Virus record (IMG/VR): IMGVR_UViG_3300012971_000022
Location: 1 to 62,796 of that record
DNA length: 62,796 bases
Origin: a virus
Lineage: Duplodnaviria; Caudoviricetes
Reading direction: 5' to 3' (one strand)
Both the position numbers and the translations under genes were made by a program. The notes under the pieces were generated by a model. The model saw only the letters and a list, made by a program, of their open reading frames with translations, was not told the origin of the DNA and did not search any database. This document shows, in pieces, positions 9,306 through 19,587 of this stretch (the first letter of the stretch is position 1; the number at the start of each line of letters is the position of its first letter).

Positions 9306-9552
9306 GGTAACTCCCCATGAACACTTCCATTTCTGTAGGTGTAATGACGCCTTTGACTAACAATTGACGGGCGTAGCTGGTCTCGAAACTGGTTTCGTCG
9401 AGATCGAATTTCTCGACGATGGTGCCGACTACGATGACCGCTTTGCGGCGGGCGAGAGGATTGAGCCAGCCCCGTAACAGCGCGTGCAACAGCAGGGCTT
9501 CCTCCTGCGTTATCCCGAGCTTGATAGCGATGCTGGCCCAGAGCCTGATCAT
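9151..9552 (-). CDS. Hypothetical protein
   Basis: ATGA-coupled to the upstream gene; 3' end overlaps the next gene. Confidence 0.5.
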   Translation of the reverse strand: MIRLWASIAIKLGITQEEALLLHALLRGWLNPLARRKAVIVVGTIVEKFDLDETSFETSYARQLLVKGVITPTEMEVFMGSYHEDSEAQSTGKGGVQPAEAEKPASGGNLVRLGRIGKPSRGPSSGPGSGSAA

Positions 9553-10163
9553 TCGTCGAGCACCGGGTTATGCGGCGGTTCGCCGTTGTTAAAAGGACCC
9601 TTGAGCAGGTCGGCGGCTGATTGTCCGGGTGGCGGAGGGGGCGGCGCGGGTGGAGCTTGGATGATGGTCTTCTGTGCTTTGGCCGCGTTCGGGTTCTGCG
9701 GCCGCTGGAAGTTGGTTCCGGTGTTGCCGTGGAACAGGTCGTTGGCGACGGCTTCTTCCTGCTTCTCACGCATGCGCGCCTGCCCGTGCGCACGGCAGTA
9801 GAGCTTGAGCGTGCCGTTGCCCATCGGCTCGCTGAAGGCCGCTTCCTGTCCACACACTGCGCAGGGGCGTTGAACCGCTGTCAGAGGCGGCGCAGGAGCG
9901 GCGCGGTCCTGCACAACCACCGTATTGGGGGGAATCTGCGATGATTGTGCCGCCACCGGCTGCGCCGCCACGGTCGGCGATTGCGTGGTGACCTTGACGA
10001 CCTTGAAGCCCGCCGCATTGAGCAGGTCGAGAATCGTCTCCAGCCTCTCCAGCACCATCTCTCCGACCGCCAGCTTCTTGGTTTCGATCTCGATAAGCCT
10101 GCTGGTATCGCGCGTGCGCTTTTCGATTTCGGCCTTGAGTTTCTTGCCGTTGGTTTCCATCAC
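9549..10163 (-). CDS. Coiled-coil/zinc-finger Pro-rich protein
   Basis: CAVC...YCRAH; operon packing. Confidence 0.7.
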   Translation of the reverse strand: MMETNGKKLKAEIEKRTRDTSRLIEIETKKLAVGEMVLERLETILDLLNAAGFKVVKVTTQSPTVAAQPVAAQSSQIPPNTVVVQDRAAPAPPLTAVQRPCAVCGQEAAFSEPMGNGTLKLYCRAHGQARMREKQEEAVANDLFHGNTGTNFQRPQNPNAAKAQKTIIQAPPAPPPPPPGQSAADLLKGPFNNGEPPHNPVLDE

Positions 10164-10426
10164 ACCTTAGGCACCACCAGACCAGAGAGTTGTTGGGTGG
10201 CGAGTTTCTCAGCCAGATCCGCAGCCATTCGCGAGGTATTGCGGAGTAGCTCCAGTCCACCCTCGTAGACCCGGATGGTCATCTCGGCCACTTCGCGTGG
10301 TCCCTGCGCGAATTGCGCAATGCACACCAGCTTCGCTTCGCAAATCTGGCCATCCCCGGTCAGGTTGAATACCCGCCCGAGCCAGTTGAGAGGAACGCCT
10401 ACTTGTGGTTGGTTGCCGTCGTTCAT
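10160..10426 (-). CDS. Hypothetical protein
   Basis: ATGA overlap with the portal stop. Confidence 0.7.
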   Translation of the reverse strand: MNDGNQPQVGVPLNWLGRVFNLTGDGQICEAKLVCIAQFAQGPREVAEMTIRVYEGGLELLRNTSRMAADLAEKLATQQLSGLVVPKV

Positions 10427-12585
10427 TGTACCGGTCCTTGTTCAGGTGGCCGCTGCGGCGGCGGCTGCATCATCTGCTGCATCGACATCTGTTGCTCGTG
10501 CTGCTGCGCCTGCGCTTCGCGGGCCGCGTTCACCCGGTCCATCAAAGCTTGGTGTGCGTGCTCGGTACGCCGATGAGCATGCTCGGCGCGTTTGGAGATC
10601 ACGTCAGCTGCGTGTTCCGCCACGCCCATCCGCATGTCGTGCTGCATCTTCTGCGCTTCCATGATGGTGCGCTGGGTCTCTGCGCCCATCTTCTGAATCT
10701 TGGCCTGCGTGAACGCCGGGTCTTCCTTCGGCCCGGGCGGCTTGCCCTGACCCTTGGGCGGAGGCGGCGGCGTGTTCGCAACCGCCTGCTGAATTTCCTG
10801 CACCAGCTGGGTCGGGAAGTGCGAGAACTTCATCCCCTTCAGCAGGATCTGCTGGCCCGCCGGGAGCTTGAGCAGCGGCTGAGCAATTTGTAGCAAATCC
10901 TGCCAGACCTGTTCCTTTAGGTTGGGGTTATAGCGGACGGACTGGTCGACGACCATCTCGTAGTGCATCGGGAGGTCGGATTTGAGGAGCGGAATGGACT
11001 GGGAGTTGAAATTCCCGCCGATATTTATGAACTGCCCGTGCGACCAGTACTCGCGGATGAACTCCAACTCGGTGGCAGCAACATCCTTCTTGTACGCGCT
11101 GATGTTGTCCCAGAGCCAACCAAGGATCGCCAGCCCTCCCTGCAATCGGCGATCGATGGCTGGTCCGGTTTGCTGCTGGGTTGCGGTGCCGACCATCTCA
11201 TCCGAGACTCCGCTGATGCGAGTCATGGAGTTCTTGCTCTCCTGAAAGAGCATGGTCGGGAACTGGCTGACCTGCTTCGCCTCGCGCGGCATGATGTCGC
11301 GCTGCAAGTCCGCATCGCGGTTCGCTTCGACCCACGCGTCAGGTTGCGCCCACTGGTTCTTCGCCATCTGGCTGTCGGCGAACGTGCCAGTCTTGAAAAT
11401 GATCCCGCCTTTCGCGTTGGTTATATATTCAACGACCAGCGCGCTGATCGACTTGTTCATGGTCGACTGCGGGTCCTTGAGACCACGAACCACGCCGTAG
11501 AGGACTTTCTGATCGCTGTCCCACTGGCCGGTGATGACTTTGTGGGTGAAATCTCCGGGCAGCACGACCGGGTCTTCGAGCACCACTCCGATGGCGACGT
11601 AGACCTGCTTGTACACGCCGCGCAGCTGGCGCACCGCCTTGGGTGGCGGCGTCCCGCCGATCTTCGACTTGGTCTTCATCGCGTCCCACTGCTCTTGGGT
11701 GAGCGAGATGAGACCGTCGGGATTGTTGGGGTCCGCGATGCGCCACACCGGCACTTTATCCAGCCACTGGTACTGGATGACCGGGATGTTGGCGACCGCT
11801 GCGGTCGGTTGCAGTTCCAGCGCCGGGTTCGCCTTCTCGTTCTGCAGGCTGTAGTACGGAGTGACCATCTCGTACTTCTCGACGCTGTCCTCCGAGTAGT
11901 AAATTGCCGCCTGATCGATGATGTTGAGCTTCCCCGGCCAGCGCTTCTCGAAGTCCTTGCGCGAGTAGTTCTTGATGCGCGCGTCCCACTTGCGATCGGA
12001 GAGGTTCTTGGCGCGGGCTTTCTGGTCCCAGACGTACTCCATGTTGTCGAAGTGGTACTTGAAGACGATGCCGTCTTCCTCGGTGTCGTAGTTCATGCAG
12101 ATGTCCACGACCCCAAGCCCGGTGACCAGCGCATCCTTGATGGCGAGCGAATCCTCAATCTCGCCGTCGTTCATGTCCTCCACAGTGGCGACTGATTCGG
12201 TGGCGAGATCCCCGGCCGCGTCGTGCATGACGTCGGAGTCCAGCGGGCGCGAGACAAACCGGACCTCGCCCCGGTTCATGCGCTCGATGCCGCTGATCGC
12301 GTCGACCTTGTTGCCGATTTCATTGAAGGTAAGCGCGGGGCGGCGCAATTGCTCCATCCGCATCTTGTCGATGTCCGGCCACTGGTGGCCCAAGTAGTAG
12401 CGGGTGTCTTCGCGCGCGGCCGCGCGCCATTTGTTCACCCCGCCCATCGCACCGTTGACGTCGCGCATGACCTTGTCGGCAAGGTCCTGCATCTCCTCGG
12501 TGTCGTTGACCGCGAACGCGAGCTTGGAGGACGGGGTGTCGCGCCCCGCGTCGGTCAACTCTTGCAGGAAATTATCAGCCGCCAT
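10423..12585 (-). CDS. Portal protein, P22-like
   Basis: ED..YY.G.QW, RPALTFN.I, G.ER.NR, YGVVR.LKDPQ...NK..S motifs; 720 aa with C-terminal coiled coil. Confidence 0.92.
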   Translation of the reverse strand: MAADNFLQELTDAGRDTPSSKLAFAVNDTEEMQDLADKVMRDVNGAMGGVNKWRAAAREDTRYYLGHQWPDIDKMRMEQLRRPALTFNEIGNKVDAISGIERMNRGEVRFVSRPLDSDVMHDAAGDLATESVATVEDMNDGEIEDSLAIKDALVTGLGVVDICMNYDTEEDGIVFKYHFDNMEYVWDQKARAKNLSDRKWDARIKNYSRKDFEKRWPGKLNIIDQAAIYYSEDSVEKYEMVTPYYSLQNEKANPALELQPTAAVANIPVIQYQWLDKVPVWRIADPNNPDGLISLTQEQWDAMKTKSKIGGTPPPKAVRQLRGVYKQVYVAIGVVLEDPVVLPGDFTHKVITGQWDSDQKVLYGVVRGLKDPQSTMNKSISALVVEYITNAKGGIIFKTGTFADSQMAKNQWAQPDAWVEANRDADLQRDIMPREAKQVSQFPTMLFQESKNSMTRISGVSDEMVGTATQQQTGPAIDRRLQGGLAILGWLWDNISAYKKDVAATELEFIREYWSHGQFINIGGNFNSQSIPLLKSDLPMHYEMVVDQSVRYNPNLKEQVWQDLLQIAQPLLKLPAGQQILLKGMKFSHFPTQLVQEIQQAVANTPPPPPKGQGKPPGPKEDPAFTQAKIQKMGAETQRTIMEAQKMQHDMRMGVAEHAADVISKRAEHAHRRTEHAHQALMDRVNAAREAQAQQHEQQMSMQQMMQPPPQRPPEQGPVQ

Positions 12586-13177
12586 TGCGCGGTGTCCTCA
12601 TGTACATCTGGATGTCGTCGATGATCTTTTGCTGCTCCGGGTTCATGTTGTAGCGATCGACCGCACCCTTCCCCTCCATCTGCTGGAACAGCGGAGCGAA
12701 CATGCGCCCGCGTATGAATTCCGGGACGTAGACCCGGCTCATGTACGCATCGAAGTCGCCCTGCGGACCGAACCGCTTGCTGTCGAGGTCATAGACCATG
12801 CGGGCGCGCTGCAACTGGTCGGAGTTGGACATGATCGAATTCTTCAGCTGCGCAGTCATGTGCTGGTACTGGGGGTCGTCGACCTGCAAGCCGTGGAGCG
12901 ATTCAAGGGCGACCAGTTCCGGCCACGATGACGGCGTGTCGTAGTACTTGGACTGGCCCATCTCCACGTTGTACTGGCCCGGGGTCGGATGCGCGGCCGA
13001 GAGCATGTCTTCGCCGCTCTTCGGGAAGGTCTCGCTGTAGCCAAGGCGCAGCGGGTTGTAGGTCAACGCGATTGGCACCTTGGCCCCGGGATAGCGGCGT
13101 TGGAACTCGTTCACCGCTTCCTGATACGGGTCGACCGCGCTGTATTGCGGCCCCACTGTGCGTTCCCCACCCATCAT
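12575..13177 (-). CDS. Hypothetical protein (possible zincin-like remnant)
   Basis: Coupled to both neighbours; MMGG start; VALESLHGL motif. Confidence 0.65.
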   Translation of the reverse strand: MMGGERTVGPQYSAVDPYQEAVNEFQRRYPGAKVPIALTYNPLRLGYSETFPKSGEDMLSAAHPTPGQYNVEMGQSKYYDTPSSWPELVALESLHGLQVDDPQYQHMTAQLKNSIMSNSDQLQRARMVYDLDSKRFGPQGDFDAYMSRVYVPEFIRGRMFAPLFQQMEGKGAVDRYNMNPEQQKIIDDIQMYMRTPRNGG

Positions 13178-15873
13178 CCGACTGCCTCTTCCGGTGCCCC
13201 GCCGAGCGAGGTTCGCAGCTTTGCCATCAGCACACGCCGCTGCTCCGGCGGCAGGTTCTGGCCCTCGTTCTGGAGCTTCTGCGCCAGAGCCGGGAGCGCT
13301 ACTGCTTTCTCGTCTTCCCCGCCCCTGCTGAAGGCTTCGAACGCGTCGTCGAGCGACATCGCCTCGAAGATGTCCCCCGCGTTAGTCGGGGTGCTGTCGA
13401 GCATCTTGCGGACCTCGCCGGTCGAGAGACGGCCAGCGCTCAGAGCGCGGTGGATGTTCGGAACCTTTCCCGACGCGATCTGCATGTTCAGGTCTTGGAT
13501 GTTCTCGACGTGGGCCACGTCCTGCTTGCCACGATCGGTGGCAATGGCCTCGGCGGTCTTGCGCTCGATGGCCTGCGACATCGGCCCCGGACCCTCCTTC
13601 TTGGGCTTTTCCTCCCCGCGCATCTCTTCCGGGGACTTGATGATGTCCATGTGGATTTTGGGTTCGCTGGGACTTTGAAACGCACTGGGTCCCGTGATTG
13701 CGGCGCGCATTATTTCGGCTCTAATCACCGCGTCGGCAATGCGATCGAGACTTCCGGGTTTGCCGGGATTGATGAGTGCGTTGTAGAGCTTCAGCGCTTC
13801 CTCCGGGTCCTTGTAGGCGTTCTTCCACGCGTTGGCGAGTTGCTCCCGGACGACGATGGCCCCGTAGGCGGCTGCGCCGATTTCAGCAAACCTCGGGGAT
13901 GCGCCCATCGGGATGCTGATGCCGGTAATCATCAGGTAGCGCTGCCCCCACCGATTCCAGCGCCTATAGAACGCCGTGGGCTTGTCGTAGCCCTGAATGG
14001 CCGCAACTCCTGCCATCTGCTGGTTCTCAGCGGACGCCGCCTTCTCCATCAACTCCAGCGCTTTCTTGGCACGTTGCTCCGGTGGCGTGGCGGCGATCTG
14101 CCTGCGAATATCCGCACCGACCACGCCCATATGCTGGGAGTCGCGGTCTGCTTCTTTCAGGACCTGACTGTCAAAGTTGTCCTGCATACGCTGCTTGGCA
14201 GCAGCAATTGCGGCATCGTAGCGCACCTTCGAGTTGGGTGAGTTTCGGAACAGGCGCGCGAGATTCTTCTCCGCCTCCGCCTCGTAAACCAGCGATTCCG
14301 GCTTGGACAGCACGGTGTTGCCGAACAGCTTGCGTAGCGACTGGGCATCCTCGGGTTTGAGGTTCTTGAACTGCTCGGAGCGGCTGTAGTCGGAGAAATA
14401 CTGTGCAATGCGCCCCTTGGTCTCCTTGTCGGGGGCCATGTTGATGATGTCGAGCATGCGCTCGGGGTCGTCGAACGCGTGAGCGTAGGCATCGGCCGGA
14501 CGCGCGGCCTGCCGGACCTTGCGCTCAAACTCGAACGGGAAGTGCTTGCGATGATCCCAGTACTGCCGGTTCAACGCCTTGAGTTCCGGCGAGTCGAGAT
14601 TCGCCAGCGAGGCGTCAATTCCGTCGGACACGATGTCGAGCGCAGTCTTGTCGATGGGCGAGGTTGCCGCGCGGGACATCGCCTTGGCTTCCTGCTGGAG
14701 CTTGAGCAGTTCGCCTACCGTGCGCGTTTCAACATCGGCGTGCTCTGACGCCCACTTCTCCTTGGCCTGCTTGAGTACCTGTTCGCGCAGTCTCGGGTTG
14801 GTCCTCGCCGCTTCCGCGATCCCCTTCGGTTCAGTAATCGTCTTGAGCAGCTGGTCATCGTCGGGCATCACGTTCTGCGTGCCCTTGGCCTGCGCGATGA
14901 ACGACCTCACCTTGGGTGAAGGATTCCGGTTGGCGGGATTCCAAGTACTCTCTTCTTGGAAGATCTGTTCTTGCAGCGCGCTGTCGTCTGCCGGGTCACC
15001 CACATGCTTGCGCAGCAGGCGATCCCGCTTTACGCCCCACTTGGTCCGGAAGTCCTTGGCTCCGCCCAAGATGTCGGTCTCGAATTGCTGGCCGCGCTCT
15101 TCGCGGGCGGGACCCGCTGGTAGCACTTCCTGCCCGCCCGGGGGCTTGAGCTTCCCCGAGATGGTTTCCTCGCGGGCCTCCTGCTGCGCGGTCTTAAGTG
15201 CTTTTTCCCGTTCCTTCTCGTAGGTGGCCTCAACGTCGGCCTTGGCCTGCGCCTTGACTTGGGCCATGCGCTCGGCAGCTTTGGTGCCTTCAGCGACCTG
15301 CTTCTCGCGTGCCTCCATCGCCGCGCGCTCCAGCGCGGGCATGTCGGTCAGCATCCGTAGTCCGCCACGCGCCAGCCCCGGGGCTGCACCACCAACCAGT
15401 CCGGCTCCCTGCCGCAGGAGCCACGCGCCCTGCTTGCCGAACGCGCCGTACGGCTCCATCTTCTTGGCGAGTGGTTCGACCGCCTTGGTTGCCGCCCCGA
15501 GACCAAGCCAACTCGCGCCTTCTTCAAGTGCTCTGGTTACGCCAGCTTTTACGCCTCCCTCCAGTCCGCCTATCACGCCTCCCGTGCCCATCATGGCCGC
15601 TGTCATGACCGGGTCGACGGTCGGTTCTTGCAGCGCTTCTTCCTGTGCGCGCTCGGGATCGTAGGGTTGGGTGAAGGGTCCGACCACCTGCGGCTTGCCG
15701 CCGGGGCCAGCCGTGATCCCCATCTTCGGCTTGTCGAAGGGCTGTGTAGCAGGCGTAGCGGCTGTGGGCTTATCTACCCACTTTCCACGCTTCGGTGGCT
15801 GTGGCGCGCCCGGTGTCTGGACCACCTTGGTTTTCAGTTCCGGGCTGTCGTCGTCACGGTCTACCCACGGCAC
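13174..15873 (-). CDS. Large putative ejection (internal virion) protein
   Basis: 899 aa, helical, Ala/Gly-rich hydrophobic segments, last large gene of an ejection-like cluster. Confidence 0.65.
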   Translation of the reverse strand: MPWVDRDDDSPELKTKVVQTPGAPQPPKRGKWVDKPTAATPATQPFDKPKMGITAGPGGKPQVVGPFTQPYDPERAQEEALQEPTVDPVMTAAMMGTGGVIGGLEGGVKAGVTRALEEGASWLGLGAATKAVEPLAKKMEPYGAFGKQGAWLLRQGAGLVGGAAPGLARGGLRMLTDMPALERAAMEAREKQVAEGTKAAERMAQVKAQAKADVEATYEKEREKALKTAQQEAREETISGKLKPPGGQEVLPAGPAREERGQQFETDILGGAKDFRTKWGVKRDRLLRKHVGDPADDSALQEQIFQEESTWNPANRNPSPKVRSFIAQAKGTQNVMPDDDQLLKTITEPKGIAEAARTNPRLREQVLKQAKEKWASEHADVETRTVGELLKLQQEAKAMSRAATSPIDKTALDIVSDGIDASLANLDSPELKALNRQYWDHRKHFPFEFERKVRQAARPADAYAHAFDDPERMLDIINMAPDKETKGRIAQYFSDYSRSEQFKNLKPEDAQSLRKLFGNTVLSKPESLVYEAEAEKNLARLFRNSPNSKVRYDAAIAAAKQRMQDNFDSQVLKEADRDSQHMGVVGADIRRQIAATPPEQRAKKALELMEKAASAENQQMAGVAAIQGYDKPTAFYRRWNRWGQRYLMITGISIPMGASPRFAEIGAAAYGAIVVREQLANAWKNAYKDPEEALKLYNALINPGKPGSLDRIADAVIRAEIMRAAITGPSAFQSPSEPKIHMDIIKSPEEMRGEEKPKKEGPGPMSQAIERKTAEAIATDRGKQDVAHVENIQDLNMQIASGKVPNIHRALSAGRLSTGEVRKMLDSTPTNAGDIFEAMSLDDAFEAFSRGGEDEKAVALPALAQKLQNEGQNLPPEQRRVLMAKLRTSLGGAPEEAVG

Positions 15874-15876
15874 GAC

Positions 15877-17241
15877 TTACTCCTCCCTGTACTCCTGATA
15901 TTTCCCGGTCTTGGGGTTGTAGACCGAACCATCCGGCTCAATGGTGAGACCTTGTTTCTTGGCGTCCTCAATCTTTTTGCGCGACCACGGCCCCTCGGGG
16001 AGGTTTCGACCGGTCATCGCATTCTTTCCTGACCTGACCGCGAATTCCCCGAGACTTGGCCGGGTCCAATATGTCCACGGTGCTCCGATAGTTACTGGAT
16101 ATTGCAAGTAGTAATCGGCGATGAGCTTGTTCTGGGCTTCGATGTCCTCCTTGGCAGTCGGCGTCTCCAGCATCTTGTCGGAGAGCTTGACCCAGTTCGG
16201 ATGCTCCGGTCCCGGCTTTTCACCTTGGCGGATCGGTCCACGATCGCTCGGATTGCTCGGATCGCCCCAAGTCTCGAATGGCTTGGATTCGGCAGCGGCA
16301 AGCTCCGGAAAGTCGGCGAGCTTGCGCTCCTCCGGCGGCAGCGACATGTAGTCCTTCTGCTTCTGGACTTTGCGTTGCGCCTCCGCGATGTCGCCCCCCA
16401 TCGTCCCCTTCTCCAGCTTGATGTCGAGGCCCCTCTTCTCGCTTTCGAGACCCTTGTTCTTGTTGTCCAGAATCGCGGCTTCCAAGGCGACCGGGTCCAT
16501 CTTCACGGTCTGGTACTGCTTTTCCAGATCGTCGGCCCCGATAACGGCGCTCACGTTGTTCTCGATCGACTTGGCCAGCAGCGCCGCCGTGTGATCGCCC
16601 GGGTGCAGCTGCATGAAGATGTCGCCTTGGTTCTTGTTCTGCAGCACGTTCTGCTGCATGGTCAGGCTCTTGACCGCGAAATCCGTCATCCCGTACGCGG
16701 CGAAATCTGCAATATCTCCCTTCCCGGAGTGAATCCGCGCGAGCGACTGCTGCTTGCTCAGTTCGGCCTGATTCGCAAGTTGCGCTTTCTGGATTTCGAG
16801 CGCGCTCTTCTCGGCTTCGCCCTGAGCCTTTTCTGCTTCTCCAAAGCCGGTAAGCGCTCCCAGTCCGGCGTTGGCGATTAGTGCGCCGCGCCCCTGATAG
16901 CGCGGGGTGCGAATTGCATTGAGGTAGCCGGTGAGCAGGCCCATCACGAGCGGGTTATTGAGAAACCCCATTACCCCGCCCTGTGTCGCACCGGGCTGGT
17001 TGGGTGCCGCAGGCATCTGTGGAACCTGCGCTTGGGCCGAGCCGGGAGCGGTCATTTGGATGGGGTAAATGCCCTGCGCGTTGGTCGGAACTCCCGGGGT
17101 CGGCGGCGTTTGCGGCGCGGGCGAGGGAGGGAGTTGCGCAGGGGTTTGCCCACCCAGACTGAACTTGCCCGGATTCTGCCCCGACTGCTTGATCTTGTCG
17201 ACGTACTGGCCGAGCAGGAAATCAGTGTCGCCGTCAGCCAT
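15877..17241 (-). CDS. Putative ejection protein
   Basis: FL.NP...GLL.G amphipathic segment followed by coiled coil. Confidence 0.65.
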   Translation of the reverse strand: MADGDTDFLLGQYVDKIKQSGQNPGKFSLGGQTPAQLPPSPAPQTPPTPGVPTNAQGIYPIQMTAPGSAQAQVPQMPAAPNQPGATQGGVMGFLNNPLVMGLLTGYLNAIRTPRYQGRGALIANAGLGALTGFGEAEKAQGEAEKSALEIQKAQLANQAELSKQQSLARIHSGKGDIADFAAYGMTDFAVKSLTMQQNVLQNKNQGDIFMQLHPGDHTAALLAKSIENNVSAVIGADDLEKQYQTVKMDPVALEAAILDNKNKGLESEKRGLDIKLEKGTMGGDIAEAQRKVQKQKDYMSLPPEERKLADFPELAAAESKPFETWGDPSNPSDRGPIRQGEKPGPEHPNWVKLSDKMLETPTAKEDIEAQNKLIADYYLQYPVTIGAPWTYWTRPSLGEFAVRSGKNAMTGRNLPEGPWSRKKIEDAKKQGLTIEPDGSVYNPKTGKYQEYREE

Positions 17242-17956
17242 TTCTTCCTCCCAGCAACCGGAGCAGGGCGAGTTGCTGCATCATGTCGCCGCCTCCCGGC
17301 ATGGTGGTCTTGCCACCCGGCTGCGGAACCGTCGACACGGCCGGACTGAATTTCGAGACCTCCGGACCCGGAGGAGCGGGGGACTTGGGCGGCATCCCCG
17401 GTGGCGGGGGTGGAGGTGGCGCATTGGCTGCGCCGCCAAGAGCCCCCATCGCGCCCTGCGCCAGCGCTCCGCCTCCGGGACTCTTGAGAAAATCCATGAT
17501 CCCGCCACCCCCGGCCCCGGCCCCGAATTGGCCTCCGGGAGCTTCAGCTGCGGAGAGACCCTGAGCACCCTGCTGGATGAGTTTGAGATCCTCTGGCCCG
17601 AGCGCCTGCCCTGCCGGAAACCCCGGCATTCCGCCGCCGGGAGCAATCGAACCCTTGTAGGGAATATTGGACCCCAGCCCCCCTAATGTTGCGGCCGATG
17701 TATCGGCAGGGCCGAGCATTCCACCCAACGGCCCCAGCCCGCCGAATCCCTCGCCGAGACCGCCGACGGCTCCGCCGATGGCTTCACCCATCGCGCCACC
17801 CTTCGTACCGCCTGCGCCGGTCCCGGCCAACTGGCCGACACCCGCCGTCATCATCGGGATGGCAATCCCCTGCGCGCCGGGGACGAACATCAGGCCCGCA
17901 CCGAGCGCCGTTTGCAGACCACCGCTCACATAGTTGGTTGTCTTGCTTCCGCCCAT
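17234..17956 (-). CDS. Gly-rich putative ejection protein
   Basis: TGATG-coupled start MGGSKTT; glycine-zipper hydrophobic segments. Confidence 0.65.
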   Translation of the reverse strand: MGGSKTTNYVSGGLQTALGAGLMFVPGAQGIAIPMMTAGVGQLAGTGAGGTKGGAMGEAIGGAVGGLGEGFGGLGPLGGMLGPADTSAATLGGLGSNIPYKGSIAPGGGMPGFPAGQALGPEDLKLIQQGAQGLSAAEAPGGQFGAGAGGGGIMDFLKSPGGGALAQGAMGALGGAANAPPPPPPPGMPPKSPAPPGPEVSKFSPAVSTVPQPGGKTTMPGGGDMMQQLALLRLLGGRNG

Positions 17957-19587
17957 CAGAAGTCTCCCTGCTGGCGCTTGCGGGCCATTTGCTTGACCGC
18001 CGCCTTGGCTTCCGGCGTGCTGCTCTGCATCATCGGAGCCTCCCCAACCGACCATGGATCGGTAGCCCGGATACGAATCTGGTTTTCAGGGTCCCAGTAA
18101 ATTTTCACGTTGTGCGGGGCACCGCCCGAGCGCATCCCACCCGTGTGCTCAACCCCGTCGTAGCCCAAGCTCTGCGCCATTCCGACTGCTTCCTGCATCC
18201 GGCTTTCGGCTTCCTGATCCCCGAACACGCTCTCCATGTTGCCCATGCTGTAGAGGCTCTCGACGTAGGTCTCCTCGGGCTTCGTGTACGGATCGTGGAA
18301 GAATTTCCACCAGTTGGAGTCGTGGCGAATGAGCGCGGATTCCAGTTCCCGGGGAACCTCGTCCTCGATGTGCAGGAACCGCATGTTGGGCTTGGTCTCG
18401 TAGACCCGGTAGACCGGGCCGGTGGCGTACCCGCCCTCAAATCGGCGAGCCACGGGATTCCATACACCACCGCGCTGTTGGGCGTACCCGCTCGCCACGT
18501 CAAAATCGTCGGTCGTATAGAAGCCGGGACCATGCATGCTGTAGAGATTCGACTGGCCCTCCATCGCATGGCTCATCTCCATGATCGGATTCGCCGTCCC
18601 GTGGTAGCGCGGGACCTGCGATTCCATCGTGCCCAGTGAGCTAGTGCCGTACATCAGCTTGCCCGTCTCCGGGGTACCCGGTCGCGGGTCGTAGAGCGTC
18701 ATCGGTTGGGTTTCCGACGACTGCAGTTTTTGGAGCAATCGTTGGTATGCAGCGGGCTGTCGCGCTTCAAGGGGCTGTGTCTGCCCCGGGATCACCGGTC
18801 GCTCAAGCTCGGTGGTCTCCGCGCCCGTGTAGAACTCGCCGTTGGATTTGACGAACCCGCGTTGCCCCTGCACCAGTTCCTGCTGCATCGATGCCGCGAT
18901 ATCCGGGCTACCCGGGAAAGCCTTGTGGTGGGCTTTTTCCATGCGGGCCAGCAGGTCATCGTAGGATTCAGTTTCGTAAGCCTTGATGACATCTCCGCGC
19001 GTGGTCCGGATGGCGAACCGGTCGTCGCCGGGAGGGAATATTCCGCGTGGTTGGCGTCCGTAAAGCTCGGACACGGTCTGATATTGCGAATAACCGCCCC
19101 CCGGCATCGGCATGGTCATCGCCGGGTCGCCTTGGGGATTAAACTGGAGAGGCGGGCGCTTCGGGAACGCCTCGGTTGCTGCACCGGAGACCAACTCGCC
19201 GGTCTGGGCCGCACTCTCGACGCCGGTCATCGCTTCTTCCGCCGTACCCAGTCCCTTGATCGCCGACATCCCGCCTCCCAGTCCTGCGGTTGCCATGAGT
19301 GGTGCTATGGTCGCTACCGCTTGGGTGGCCTTTGGCCCCCACTTGGGTCCGAAACTGCGGGCATACCCGGGACCCAAATCACGTTGCGCGAGTTCCCCCG
19401 CGATGCTCGGGGTTTGCAGGCTCTCCTGCTCGGCCGCGAGATTCGCCGCCGCCTTTCTTGGATCGAGCGGCTTCAAACCACCACTCAATTGAGTGGCGTA
19501 GCTCCTCGGCAGGAACCGGCGTAACGGATCTTCCGGGATCGCGTTCGGGTCGACCTGCGGTGGCGATGTCTGTTGTCCGCCCATCAT
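17956..19587 (-). CDS. Protein with C-terminal ADP-ribosyltransferase-like (ART-PolyVal-like) domain
   Basis: RYHGT...HGPGFYTTDD..VASGYA...GPVYRVY...GYDGVEH...VKIYWDP..QI pattern. Confidence 0.72.
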   Translation of the reverse strand: MMGGQQTSPPQVDPNAIPEDPLRRFLPRSYATQLSGGLKPLDPRKAAANLAAEQESLQTPSIAGELAQRDLGPGYARSFGPKWGPKATQAVATIAPLMATAGLGGGMSAIKGLGTAEEAMTGVESAAQTGELVSGAATEAFPKRPPLQFNPQGDPAMTMPMPGGGYSQYQTVSELYGRQPRGIFPPGDDRFAIRTTRGDVIKAYETESYDDLLARMEKAHHKAFPGSPDIAASMQQELVQGQRGFVKSNGEFYTGAETTELERPVIPGQTQPLEARQPAAYQRLLQKLQSSETQPMTLYDPRPGTPETGKLMYGTSSLGTMESQVPRYHGTANPIMEMSHAMEGQSNLYSMHGPGFYTTDDFDVASGYAQQRGGVWNPVARRFEGGYATGPVYRVYETKPNMRFLHIEDEVPRELESALIRHDSNWWKFFHDPYTKPEETYVESLYSMGNMESVFGDQEAESRMQEAVGMAQSLGYDGVEHTGGMRSGGAPHNVKIYWDPENQIRIRATDPWSVGEAPMMQSSTPEAKAAVKQMARKRQQGDF

